Source of the DNA: Eledone cirrhosa
Lineage: Eukaryota
NCBI GenBank assembly: GCA_964016885.1
Contig: OZ024741.1
Span: 345,526,001-345,590,000, forward strand
Direction: 5' to 3'
Length of the DNA stretch: 64,000 nucleotides
Position 1 is the first letter of the stretch. The number at the start of each line of letters is the position of its first letter. Positions 15,996-28,840 of the stretch are shown here, one piece after another. The notes below the pieces were generated by a model. That model had not been told where the DNA came from. It saw nothing but the letters and a program-made list of their open reading frames with translations, and made no database searches. The position numbers and the translations under genes were made by a program.

Positions 15996-16740
15996 CAACA
16001 GTTGGGGGAAGTGAAAGTCAATAAAACCACCCCATTGCGTTACTGGTACTATATTTTATGGACCACGTAAAGATGAAAGGCAAAGCTTATCTTGGAAGGA
16101 TTTGAAATCAGAACGTAAAGAGCTGTAACTCTATGCCGCGAAGCATGGTGTCCAAGGCCCTACCGTTACTGCTGATCTACCACCCTCCTCCCCAATTAAA
16201 TAATTGTTTCTACTTTAGGCACAATGCCAGCAATTTGAAGGGGAGGGGAAAGTCGATTAAAGTGCATTACTGGTACTTTATTTTATCGACCCTGTAAGGA
16301 TGAAAGGCAAAGTTAACCTCGGTGGGATTTGAACTCAGAATGGAAAGGGCCGTAACTCTATGCTACAAAGCATGTTGTCTGACGCTCATACATAGTATTT
16401 GGTCAACATGACATAATATTTTTACATTGTCATTTGTCTTTCTGTTTCTGTCATTCCTTCTCCCCATATGTCCTCGTTGTCCCACTTGATATATATATAT
16501 CTGCCTGCTTGTTCGTCTGTCTGCTTGTCTGTATAATGTTTGTGTAGGTGTATATACATACATAGAAACATACATATATACATACATAGAAGCATACATA
16601 CTTACATAAATTCATACATGCATAGAAACATACATACATACATACATACATACACAGAGACATACATACATACATACATACATACATACATACATACACA
16701 GAGACATACATACATACATACATACATAGAGACATACATG

Positions 16741-19455
16741 AAGAAAAAAATAATAAGTGTCACTGAGGCCCCATCCCAGAAAGACATAGATTCCTTTTGG
16801 AACAACATATGGGGTGAAAAGAAGAATTTCAACCAAGATGCAGTGTGGCTAAGAGAAATACGAAAGAACTATTGCTCCTACGCTACAACAAAAACATACG
16901 AAATAAGTGAGGGTACCCTTGAGACTGTGATAGGAAAACTCCAAGATAAGAAAACACCAGGAAGAGACACGATTGTCGGCTACTGGTACAAAAACTGATA
17001 TTCTATCGGAGGTATCTTACTGACCTCTACCAACAAGTTCTTAAGGGAGATACACTTATACCAGAATGGTTGACATTAGCACAAACATTACTGGTCCCCA
17101 AGAACAAAGACACCCACTTCGCAAAAAACTACCAACCCATTGCATGTTAGAACCTGATGTATAAGATGTATAAAGCCTTCCTGAACCTATTCCTCCAAGA
17201 TTACTGTGAAAATAATAACATCATCACAGATGAACAAGCAGCTGGAAAGAAAGGGGTTTGGGGATGTGCTGAACAACTCCTAATCAACAAAACTGTGATG
17301 TCGGAGGTGCGACAACTTAGGAGGAATATGACTACAGTCTGGCTGGACCTCAGGAAAGCTTTCGATTCTGTTCCCCACTCTTGGATGATAGAGCCCCTCC
17401 AACTTGCTAAAGTCCCAGACATTATTGTCAGAGCCATAGAGAGGTTGTCTTCTTCTTGGGCTACTATCCTAAGGTTAAAGACAGAGAGGGAGGACTCTAT
17501 TTTCACTGATAAAATAAAATATTGCAGGGGTATATTTAAGGGGGACAGTCTCTCTGTGATATTATTCATTTTCTCATTAAACCCTTTGTCCTTTCTGCTC
17601 AAGAAATGCGTGGGATACATCATTGGCTCACAAGAGGACAGAAATACCAACCTAACCCATAATTTCTTTGTGGACGATCTGAAACTCTATGCCAAGAACA
17701 TGGATGGGATGAAGAAAAATATTGACCTGGTTACAACGTTCTCAAAGGATATAGGAATGGAGTTTGGCCAAGATAAATGCTCATACAAAGCGGGGAAAAA
17801 CAACAACCCAATCTAACAACATTTTCATCAATGGCCTAACTGTTTCACCGATATCTGATGAGGACTGCTACAGATACCTGGGGATAGATGAAAACATATC
17901 CTATAATGGTATCTGTAATAAGGAACGCGTAACCAGGGAATACTACACCCGATTAAGAAAGATCTGGTCATCGGAACTCTCTGCGCAAAACAAAACAATG
18001 ACTCACAATGTGTTTGCTGTGCCTGTCCTAACACCAACGTTTGGAATACTCAATTGGACGATAGACGAAATCCGAGCAGTTGATGTTGGAACTCGAAAAA
18101 TACTGAACAACACCGGAAACTTCCACATCAACAGTGACATAGACCGCCTTTACTTGAAACGTAAGCAGGGAGGCAGAGGCCTAACATCAGTCCAGACAAC
18201 TTTTTAATGTCGCATCATATCTCTCCGACAACATCTACGAACCTCGAATCGTAGGAGCCCGTTTCTCGATCAATTCTATCTGCATGAAACAGATAAGATC
18301 ATGAGAGTTTGGAAAGAACTCCTCGAGAGATATCCCTTGTGTGATAATCAAAAAATTACACCCAGGGATGTCGCTCAGCAGTATCGCAGTGAATCCATGG
18401 ATGAAAAACTGCATCCTTATCAACAAAAAATCATGCAGGGATATGTTGCCAGGAAGCTCTAGAGTGAGAGTAATATAGATAAGGAAAGTAGTCTATCTTG
18501 GACCAACAACCGCTATATTGGCTCCCACTTTGAAGGATACGCTTTTGCAATCCAGGAACAGGAGATTAACACGAAATACCTGATTCACAAAAGAGATAGG
18601 GATGCAGGCAAAACACCTAGATGTGATAACAAGTGCAGATTCTGCAGAACTAACATCGAGGATATCACCCATGTCATCAGCAGCTGTCCAAAGATGTCAT
18701 CGCGGTACTATCTACCTATGAGGCATGATGTAGTGGCCAAAACACTGTACAATGCAGTTCGTAAAAAAGATAGCCCCGATAATAAACACATTAAAAGCTA
18801 CAGCAATGTGGAAGACATCCATGTACATAACATGAAAGAGTACTGGTGGAATGTTCCAGTAAAAAACCCAATAAAATGCAGGCATAACATACCAGATATT
18901 ATGATATGGGACAGGGAGAAGAAAGCATGCACAGTAGTGAAAATTAGCTGCCCAGCAGATGCCAATATAATATCAAAGATTAGTGAAAAGGAGAATATTT
19001 ATGCAGAACTGATGAGAAATCTGCAGATACTCCACCCTGATTACACCTTCAGATTTATGCCTGTGATTATTGGGGCACTGGGATATGTTAGTAACTGCCT
19101 CAATACAAATCTTGAGAAGCTAGGCTTCACAAGAACAGAAAGAACACAACTAGTTAGGAAATTACAAGTACAATCCATTAATGGAACAGTAAAAATATGT
19201 AAAACATTCCAAAAATTTTGCATCTAATAACTGCATATACACATGTACAGATGCAAAGTATATACACATGCACACATACAACTCAAAACATCCACATACA
19301 CACATACAATAACATCCATATCTGCACATGCATGCATACAAACATATCTACCTAGTTGATGTTGTGTAAATTCCAATGAGAGAGTCCTGTGTCTATGTTA
19401 GAAACCGACTCTCTCTCTATTGGGAAAACTTTGTGAAATTATAAGACCAGAAGAA
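16741..19455 (+). mobile_element. R4/Dong-like RLE non-LTR retrotransposon, 5'-truncated and frameshifted
   Basis: RT motifs WLDLRKAFDSVPH, RGIFKGDSLS, FFVDDLKLY, YRYLG; zinc knuckle CRFC..HVISSC; RHD motif; PD..D endonuclease (IPDIMIWD, KENIY). Several stops/frameshifts; (CATA)n compound satellite on both sides. Confidence 0.88.
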
Positions 19456-19779
19456 CATACATACATACATAGAAACATACATACATACATACGTAGATAG
19501 AAACATACATACATACATAGAAACATACATACATACGTAGATAGAAACATACATACATACATAGAAACATACATACACACATACGTAGATAGAAACATAC
19601 ATACATACATAGAAGCATACATACATACGTAGATAGACACATACATACATACATAGAAACATACATACATACGTACATAGAAACATACATACATAGAAAC
19701 ATATATACATACATACATAGAAACATACGTACATACATACGTAGATAGAAACATACATACATACTCACATACATACGTA

Positions 19780-20387
19780 CATGGTGGCTGCCAACTCGTT
19801 TTCGAGTACGGCCACTACTTTATATCCATGTAGGAGAACCCCTACCGAAGCGCTGAACGAATGACTTTTTAGTCCAGCCAGCGACTTGAAAACTCTGGTA
19901 CAAACACTACACTTGTGACAATTATCGACACATAGTGCTGGGCCCATGGTACCATGTGAGGACAAGTGCAGAGAGATCTCCAGATATAAAGCAATGCCTG
20001 TGCCGTGAAGCTTTTATAGTGAGCAAAGGCACTGCACAAAGCCAGTCCCACTCTCTTAACTAAGATGATATTTACCAAAAAGAAGAACAAGTCAACATCA
20101 TTGGATACCATCAGGGTTGCAGGTGTTATATCAGAGTTTTCCTTCTCCTAGAATTCTGCCTTGACAAAGGCTAAGGGGTCATCTCTCCCGGTGATTTTGG
20201 ATGGCCATTGACTCTTAAGAGCTCCTTTGCCCTTTGACAGGTTTTGTTTTTAGTCCTGCAGGATGTCCAAAGTCACCCTCCTCACCAAGAAACCTTGGTG
20301 GGGTTGCCAGTTTAGTCGCCAACGACCCGACCATGAGACAGGTTGTACTGGGATACATGTTACCAGTAGCACCAACTGGTGATCTGA
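19780..20387 (-). mobile_element. RTE-derived bipartite non-autonomous retroelement, copy 1
   Basis: 5' part has RTE-5'UTR-like GGAGAAGGAAAACTCTGA; 3' part retains a C2H2-like remnant [17 protein letters not shown]; (TATG)n tail; near-identical copies at 38.6 and 61.6 kb. Confidence 0.7.
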
Positions 20388-20459
20388 CATACGTACATAG
20401 AAACATACGTACATACATACTCAGATACATACATACACAGATACGTACGTATCTATCTC

Positions 20460-23400
20460 TCTTTTTCCGATATATGTGGGGAAAAAGGTGTAAAGGGGGG
20501 ACACAATTGGCGACACAAAAATATTCTGTGTCGCCAATTGTGTCCCCTCTTTACACCCTTTCCCCCACATATATGGGAAAAAGAACCACAAAAATTAAAA
20601 TTTCAAATATTACACCAAACGTAAACGTCTGGTGGATTTTGACTGGCTTCATCGATTTCGATGAAGACACAATAATTTCAGTGGGAAAGTCCTCCAGAGG
20701 CACTTTCAATGGTACAAGCCTGGAAGTTCTGGTCCAAATGAGGCCAGAACGGATAGCTAAAATACCCCAACGTGTGCCTCTGGATGGGATTTCATACAGA
20801 AACATTTCTGTTGAGCGTAGGCGGCCTTCATGATACCACTGTTTAAGCAGTGGTCACCTGAAGGCTTACTGTCCTCAGCTAGCTGCAAAAAAAAGAGGCA
20901 CTACTATCAACATCCAAAACAACACAACCACCACTAACACCACCACCACCACCACCACCACCACCACCACCACCACCACCACCACCACCACCACCACAAC
21001 AACAACAACAACATGTAAACATAACCAAAACAAGAACAACAAACCAAACTGCAAGCACAATCCCACCCAACCCCACTCCACCTAAAACCACTGCAAAAAC
21101 ACCCACAAACACAACAGCTCGCCAAAACATACCCCTTCCAAATAACACAGACACCACAACGGACGAGGCCCCCTCATCATCACCAAGTGACGATGAGGGA
21201 GAGCCTCTCCGTTCGAAAAGAAAGAAGAAAAGACACCACAAGAACAAAAAAAGCAACAAACATCACTACAAACATAAAACCACCAACACAAACAACACAA
21301 ACATTACAAACAAAAAACCCCGTCCCGAAAACAAAACCACGACATCACTCCAATCACAAACACCTACAACAAAACGAAAGCTCCCACAAGAACAACAGAC
21401 AAAAACCACCGCAACACAACAAGAACATTACACATACATAAACAGTGAAAACAAAACTTTAATGGAGGTCATCTCCCACGACCCTTCGGTGAAAAACGAA
21501 GGGAAAATTTTTCGAACTGTGCAGACAAACCTAATTTAAAGATGATTAGGGTCCCTACGGACACCTATAAGTCTTTAATGGAAAACTTTCCTAAGGACGT
21601 GGGTAATCCTTGTGTTAAACCCATTAACCGCGTCCTTTTAAAATGTTTCCCCACCCTCACCACAGACACCCCCACCCCACCAGACACCCCCTCCCACCAA
21701 ACATCTCAGATCCCACTCCGCCGGAAACCACCACCCACCCAGACAACCCCCCCAACACCCCGATCGAAATCGTGCAGCCTGGTATGTAGTAGCCATTTGT
21801 GAGTCCAGGATCCACAGCGAGCGACAGCTGGCCCCCATCTTCGACGACTTTGTGATCTACGCATCTCTCTGTCAGCCGGGAGGTGGGGGCGGAGTTGCCG
21901 TTTTGCTGCGGAAACACCTGGACCTCGTAACACAGACGGTACATCTGGACCCGTAGGGTCGACTGGTGGTCCTAGACGTTGACGGTAGTGAAGGTGGAGC
22001 CTATGCCCCATCAGGCCGCATATGCCCCATCCGAGATACCGCGGTCAGACTTCTTCAAACGTCTAGAGACTTTTCTGGGAACGTCCCGCTCCTTGCTTTT
22101 AGTAGGGGACTGGAATGGAATCCTAGATGCACGTTGGGACTATGTGGGAGCATGTCCCGATAAAAGGGGTGTAACAGCCTCAAACAGTTAATCCGCCGAT
22201 TTGACCTGGCCGATAGATATCGACTAGATTTTCCGACTGTAACACTGTGGACGTGGACTAATCGTAGGGGAACATCTAGATCGTACCTAGATAGGGTTTA
22301 GTTAGAAATAAGGATAGGGACATGTTAAGCTGTCCACAAATGTTCATGGTTGCCTATTCAGATCACAAACTAGTGACCTGCATGGTCAACCTTGATAGAA
22401 CCCATAGACAAGGACCGAGCTACTGGAAGCTGAACTTGTCGTTACCGACATGCAAAGCCTACAGTAGACGGATTAGCACTTTAGTTAAACCGCACTTGAC
22501 AGGGGCCATTGTCAACAAAAGATGGTGGTACACTCTCAAGAGAGCAGTTAAATTAGACTTGTTAGTTTTTAGTAAAGAATTAGCGTTAGATAGAAATAGG
22601 ACCGAGAAGGAACTGGTAGATAAAGTAGAAGAGGCAATTAGAAGTGGCAACGTAGCCAGCGTGCTAGCAACGAGAACGGCCTTGGACCAGTTCTTCGACG
22701 CAAAGCACGAGGCTCCGTTGTCAGAAGCAAAATACGTGCTTTGGGTAACGAAGGAGCCAAAGCTGTTAGCTGGGCCCGGGTGACGGAGGCGAAAAGTGGC
22801 AACAAGTCTTTGAAGGACCAAGACGGACGCGTGATACGTGAGCCGAGGCAGATGTGCGTGGCCTTTCAGTGGCAATTTGCTCGGCTGTTCTGGCAGGGCG
22901 GCGCGCCTGGAGGGGCTATGGATTTCGGTCCAAACCTCGACGGCTTACCGCGACTCTCGGATAGCGAGGCGAAGTTCTGCGAAAAGGCGATTTCAGCTGC
23001 TGAGATAGGGGACGCGCTGAGCCAATGCGGCAAACGCAAATCTCCAGTCTCGACGGTCTACCCTACGAATTTTACGTAGCAATGCCGGACTTATTCTCCG
23101 GTCTCTTGGAAGCGGTCTACTGCAACTGGCAGCAGAACGGGAGAATTCACAGTTCTGTGACCAAGAAACGAAGGAAACCGTCGCGCACGCATTCGTTCAC
23201 TTCCCGGGCGTTACCGACCTGTGGGGCTATGTAGAACGACTATTGTCGCGGGTAGGACCAATCCGGTTGACCACCGAGTCCATTGTCATGATCAAACCGC
23301 CACCCTCCTTCAAAAACGAAGGAGAGGCGGTTTTCCTTTGTGTGATAGCTATGGTGAAAGAGGTTGTATGGTGGACGAGGTTAAAAGGGCTGAGGTCAGA

Positions 23401-23803
23401 CACCTTTCTCTCCGGCCAACAACTGATTCTTTTTTTCAAATAACACTTTGGAAGAAGAATCAGGATGGAGAGAGAGGTGCTGTACCCCAGCAAGTTTTAT
23501 GAAAGGTGTGTGAAAGTGGCGAGAATGGCCCGAGTCAATGGGCCTTCTTTATATATCAGCCTGTAGGTTGAGGAAAAAGAGGAAGAAAGGAAGAGGGTAC
23601 TCACTCTTTGTACTCCTGGAGATGAGGGTTGCAGATTTTTTTCGGGGGTATGTATTACCCATATGTAATATCTCCCCCTATTGGGGAAAATCAATTAATT
23701 TTAAATTGCATTTGTGATAGGAGTTTACACGTTTTTATTGTATGTAAACTTCCCCTTTTGTATTTGTCCCCTTATTTTGTGCGTCTGTGGCTAATAAAGA
23801 AAC
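20460..23803 (+). mobile_element. L1/Tx1-like LINE copy 1 (ORF1 + APE endonuclease + deleted RT), decayed
   Basis: ORF1 knuckle remnant *YHCLSSGHLKAYCP; APE motifs GDWNGILD, SYLDR, SDHKLV; LDGLPYEFY; jump near 23160-23200 to the C-terminus; AATAAA then (TATC)n. Confidence 0.85.
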
Positions 23804-23804
23804 A

Positions 23805-23841
<37 letters not shown>

Positions 23842-24064
23842 CTATTTATCTATCTATCTATCTCTATTTATCTATAAATTTATCTATCTATCTGATTGTC
23901 TATCTATCTCTTACTCTCTATATATCTCTCTCACTTTATCTCTCCCGCACTCTCTCTCTCTATGTATATTATATAATATTTTGATATTTTGTTTCCATAT
24001 ATATTTAAATAATTATACATTCGGATATATCGATACGAAGAGACGAATAGCAACGGAGGAATAT

Positions 24065-24230
24065 GAATACACACACACACACATATATATACATATTATA
24101 TACATATATATATATACATATATATACATATATATATGAATGTGTATGTGTGTATGTGTGTATGTGTGTGTGTGTGTGCGCGCGCGCGCGTATGTGTTTA
24201 TGCATATGTATATATGTGTATAAGCGTACA

Positions 24231-24298
<68 letters not shown>

Positions 24299-24344
24299 TA
24301 TACATATATGTTTATGCATATGTATATATATGTATAAATGCACA

Positions 24345-24382
<38 letters not shown>

Positions 24383-24451
24383 TACACACATATATATATA
24401 CATATATATATATATTTATGCATATGTATATATGTGTATAAACGCACAGAC

Positions 24452-24522
<71 letters not shown>

Positions 24523-24575
24523 TATATATACATATATGTTTATGCATATGTATATGTGTGTATAAACGCACAGAC

Positions 24576-24612
<37 letters not shown>

Positions 24613-24630
24613 TATATATATATATATGCA
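24065..24630. repeat. Compound minisatellite (TTTATGCATATG..ACAGACA(TA)n) x4
   Basis: Unit starts near 24195, 24309, 24415 and 24537, with variable (TA)n. Confidence 0.85.
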
Positions 24631-25168
24631 TGTATATATGTGTGTTTGTGTGTATATTATGCACATAGTTATGGATGATATTATTAAGATAACAGGACAA
24701 CGACAAGATCACAAGATCACACACACACACATACACACACACACACACATACGCACACATGTCAGCATGTATGTATGTGTAGTGTATTTATACTTATATA
24801 TCACATATACACGCGTACGCAAAGGTGTGGAACCGTAGTGTAAACAACATTTTAACTTGGAAGTATTTGCCAATTGAATTGACATTTTGTTATCATTGAC
24901 AAGAGTATGCCAATATGGCCGAACTGGCTTGAACTTAACCCTGATTGCACTCGTTCACCTCACATCCTGTTATACAACATATGCAGCCTCTCCACCTGCC
25001 ACATAAACTGTATTATCGACGTTCTCTTAATACACACACAAATACACACGCACAGACACACACTCATACACACACAGAAACACTCATAGACACACACACA
25101 TAATGTATGTGTCTTACATTTATAGGGATGTTAAAAAACAATGAAATATTTCTTATAAATATATATAC

Positions 25169-25273
<105 letters not shown>

Positions 25274-25314
25274 TATATATATATATATATATTCATGTAT
25301 AATATATATATGTA

Positions 25315-25352
<38 letters not shown>

Positions 25353-25357
25353 CATAC

Positions 25358-25399
<42 letters not shown>

Positions 25400-25415
25400 C
25401 TATATATATTCATTC

Positions 25416-25488
<73 letters not shown>

Positions 25489-25496
25489 CATATATA

Positions 25497-28090
25497 ACTT
25501 GTGCGAAATTCCTTCCTTTCTCACATTTCAACCAGGTTTGATGGTCTTTTGTCTCTTGTTCACGATTTCACCGTGTTTATATTCATAGAGATCTGGGACT
25601 TGTCTATTTCTTCTCACTTTCCGTTGCTTAAACCATTTTGTTTGTTACCCTAACGTCCCCTTTATTTACGTGTCCCAACGACTTTTTTTAGCCGTTGTTC
25701 GCACCAACCTGAGGCATATGGCCCTTAAAGCGATGAAATGCCTGGGACGGTTGGAGGGTCACTGATGAAGGACTCACTTTTTCATATGCACCCCCATTTG
25801 CAACGGGCAGCCATCATTATTATCATATTTACACATAATTTTTCTCCTGCTGCCATCCGTCTGTTTCGTCCTTTGTACCTTTACCCTTTCTCGTTCTTTG
25901 TACCTTTTACCCTTTCTAGCAGTCTCTCTCTCTGTTAGCCTCCTCCTCAACTTTCACTCACTCATTCTCTGTCACTACCTCTCCTCCTCCTCTTTCCTCC
26001 TCCTCCTTCAAGTTTGACCTGTGTGAAATTCTTTTCTCGCGCGTCCTGGCCAAGCTGGTATGGAATTTTTTTTCTCTCTCTCTTTCGTCTGCGACTTCAC
26101 AAAACTTATGTTTACCGAATTCGTAGACCAGACCCCTTCTTCTTCTTCTTCTTCTTCTTCTTCTTCTTCTTCTTCTTCTTCTTCTTCTTCTTCTTCTTCT
26201 TCTTCTTCTTCTTCTTCTTCTTCTTCTTCTTCTTCCCCCCCGTTAGACTTGTGCGAAATTCCTTCCTTTCTCACATTTCAACCAGGTTTGATGGTCTTTT
26301 GTCTCTTGTTCACGATTTCACCGAGTTTATATTCATAGAGATCTGGGACTTGTCTATTTCTTCTCACTTTCCGTTGCTTAAACCATTTTGTTTGTTACCC
26401 TAATGTCCCCTTTATTTACGTGTTCCAACGACTTTTTTTAGCCATTGTTCGCACCAACCTGAGGCATATGGCCCTTAAAGCGATGAAATGCCTGGGACGG
26501 TTGGAGGGTCACTGATGAAGGACTCACTTTTTCATATGCACCACCATTTGCAACGGGCAGCCATCATTATTATCATATTTACACATAATTTTTCTCCTGC
26601 TGCCATCCGTCCGTTTCGTCCTTTGTACCTTTACCCTTTCTCGTTCTTTGTACCTTTTACCCTTTCTAGCAGTCTCTCTCTCTGTTAGCCTCCTCCTCAA
26701 CTTTCACTCACTCATTCTCTGTCACTACCTCTCCTCCTCCTCTTTCCTCCTCCTCCTTCAAGTTTGACCTGTGTGAAATTCTTTTCTCGCGCGTCCTGGC
26801 CAAGCTGGTATGGAATTTTTTTTCTCTCTCTCTTTCGTCTGCGACTTCACAAAACTTATGTTTACCGAATTCGTAGACCAGACCCCTTCTTCTTCTTCTT
26901 CTTCTTCTTCTTCTTCTTCTTCTTCTTCTTCTTCTTCTTCTTCTTCTTCTTCTTCTTCTTCTTCTTCTTCTTCTTCCCCCCCGTTAGACTTGTGCGAAAT
27001 TCCTTCCTTTCTCACATTTCAACCAGGTTTGATGGTCTTTTGTCTCTTGTTCACGATTTCACCGAGTTTATATTCATAGAGATCTGGGACTTGTCTATTT
27101 CTTCTCACTTTCCGTTGCTTAAACCATTTTGTTTGTTACCCTAATGTCCCCTTTATTTACGTGTTCCAACGACTTTTTTTAGCCATTGTTCGCACCAACC
27201 TGAGGCATATGGCCCTTAAAGCGATGAAATGCCTGGGACGGTTGGAGGGTCACTGATGAAGGACTCACTTTTTCATATGCACCACCATTTGCAACGGGCA
27301 GCCATCATTATTATCATATTTACACATAATTTTTCTCCTGCTGCCATCCGTCCGTTTCGTCCTTTGTACCTTTACCCTTTCTCGTTCTTTGTACCTTTTA
27401 CCCTTTCTAGCAGTCTCTCTCTCTGTTAGCCTCCTCCTCAACTTTCACTCACTCATTCTCTGTCACTACCTCTCCTCCTCCTCTTTCCTCCTCCTCCTTC
27501 AAGTTTGACCTGTGTGAAATTATTTTCTCGCGCGTCCTGGCCAAGCTGGTATGGAATTTGTTTCTCTCTCTCTTTCGTCTGCGACTTCACAAAACTTATG
27601 TTTACCGAATTCGTAGACCAGACCCCTTCTTCTTCTTCTTCTTCTTCTTCTTCTTCTTCTTCTTCTTCTTCTTCTTCTTCTTCTTCTTCTTCTTCTTCTT
27701 CTTCTTCTTCTTCTTCTTCTTCTTCTTCTTCTTCTTCTTCTTCTTCTTCCCCCCCGTTAGACTTGTGCGAAATTCCTTCCTTTCTCACATTTCAACCAGG
27801 TTTGATGGTCTTTTGTCTCTTGTTCACGATTTCACCGAGTTTATATTCATAGAGATCTCGGACTTGTCTATTTCTTCTCACTTTCCGTTGCTTAAACCAT
27901 TTTGTTTGTTACCCTAACGTCCCCTTTATTTACGTGTCCCAACGACCTTTTTTAGCCGTTGTTCGCACCAACCTGAGGCATATGGCCCTTAAAGCGATGA
28001 AATGCCTGGGACGGTTGGAGGGTCACTGATGAAGGACTCACTTTTTCATATGCACCACCATTTGCAACGGGCAGCCATCATTATTATCAT
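25497..28090. repeat. Tandem array, ~3.5 units of 741-773 bp, each full unit containing (TTC)n
   Basis: Equivalent ATGs at 25738, 26488, 27229 and 28002 (periods 750, 741, 773); about 33, 30 and 41 TTC units; (TA)n on both sides. Confidence 0.95.
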
Positions 28091-28105
28091 ATATATACAT
28101 ATACA

Positions 28106-28179
<74 letters not shown>

Positions 28180-28194
28180 CATATATATATATAT

Positions 28195-28250
<56 letters not shown>

Positions 28251-28492
28251 TATATATTAACAAATGGAAACAATATTTATAAAATCATATTTATTTCATT
28301 ATACATATTTCAAGGACACCAGAGCAAATTATGGTGCGCTTTCATCAGATAAAATATAATATAGATCAGTTTTATAAACAAATATTGACATACCCTTAAA
28401 GAATGCGACCATGTCGGTTGGAGGCTCCCGGATATATATCAGTTATAAAAAATATTTGCTTGTTGTATCCCAATAAATTAAATATAACTTCT

Positions 28493-28577
<85 letters not shown>

Positions 28578-28840
28578 TATACATACATATTTATATATAT
28601 AAATGTATATACATACATATATACCTATATATATACATACATATATATACATATATATATATATGTATGTATGTATGTGTGTATGTATGTGTGTATGTAT
28701 GTACGTATGTACGTGCGGGTATGGACGTATGTATACATTCAAACGAAAACAAAACTTTAGTCGTCCATCCTTGTTTTCTGACCTTGATTTTGTCTGCAAT
28801 ATTTCAACTGAATTATTTATTGAAACTTAAATCCTACTTG

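Larger units (their letters stand above)
10262..16390 (-). mobile_element. Cluster of about 12 family-B SINE copies, nearly all minus strand
   Basis: Repeated GGCACAAGGCC..AAAGTCGATTAAATCGAC..CTGGTACTTTATTTTATCGACCC..GATGAAAGGCAAAG..TTTGAACTCAGAACGTAAAG..CTGCCAATCCAC near 10262, 10866, 11090, 12296, 12520, 12880, 13330, 13700, 15232, 15996 and 16205; one plus copy at 13080-13292. Confidence 0.85.

Noticed and set aside
25497-28090. Poly-E/poly-S/poly-F proteins, a CRISPR-like array, or a hammerhead at CTGATGA 25762
   Set aside because: ORFs arise from (TTC)n; units are long with no unique spacers; no GAAA with a pairable stem II follows the CTGATGA.
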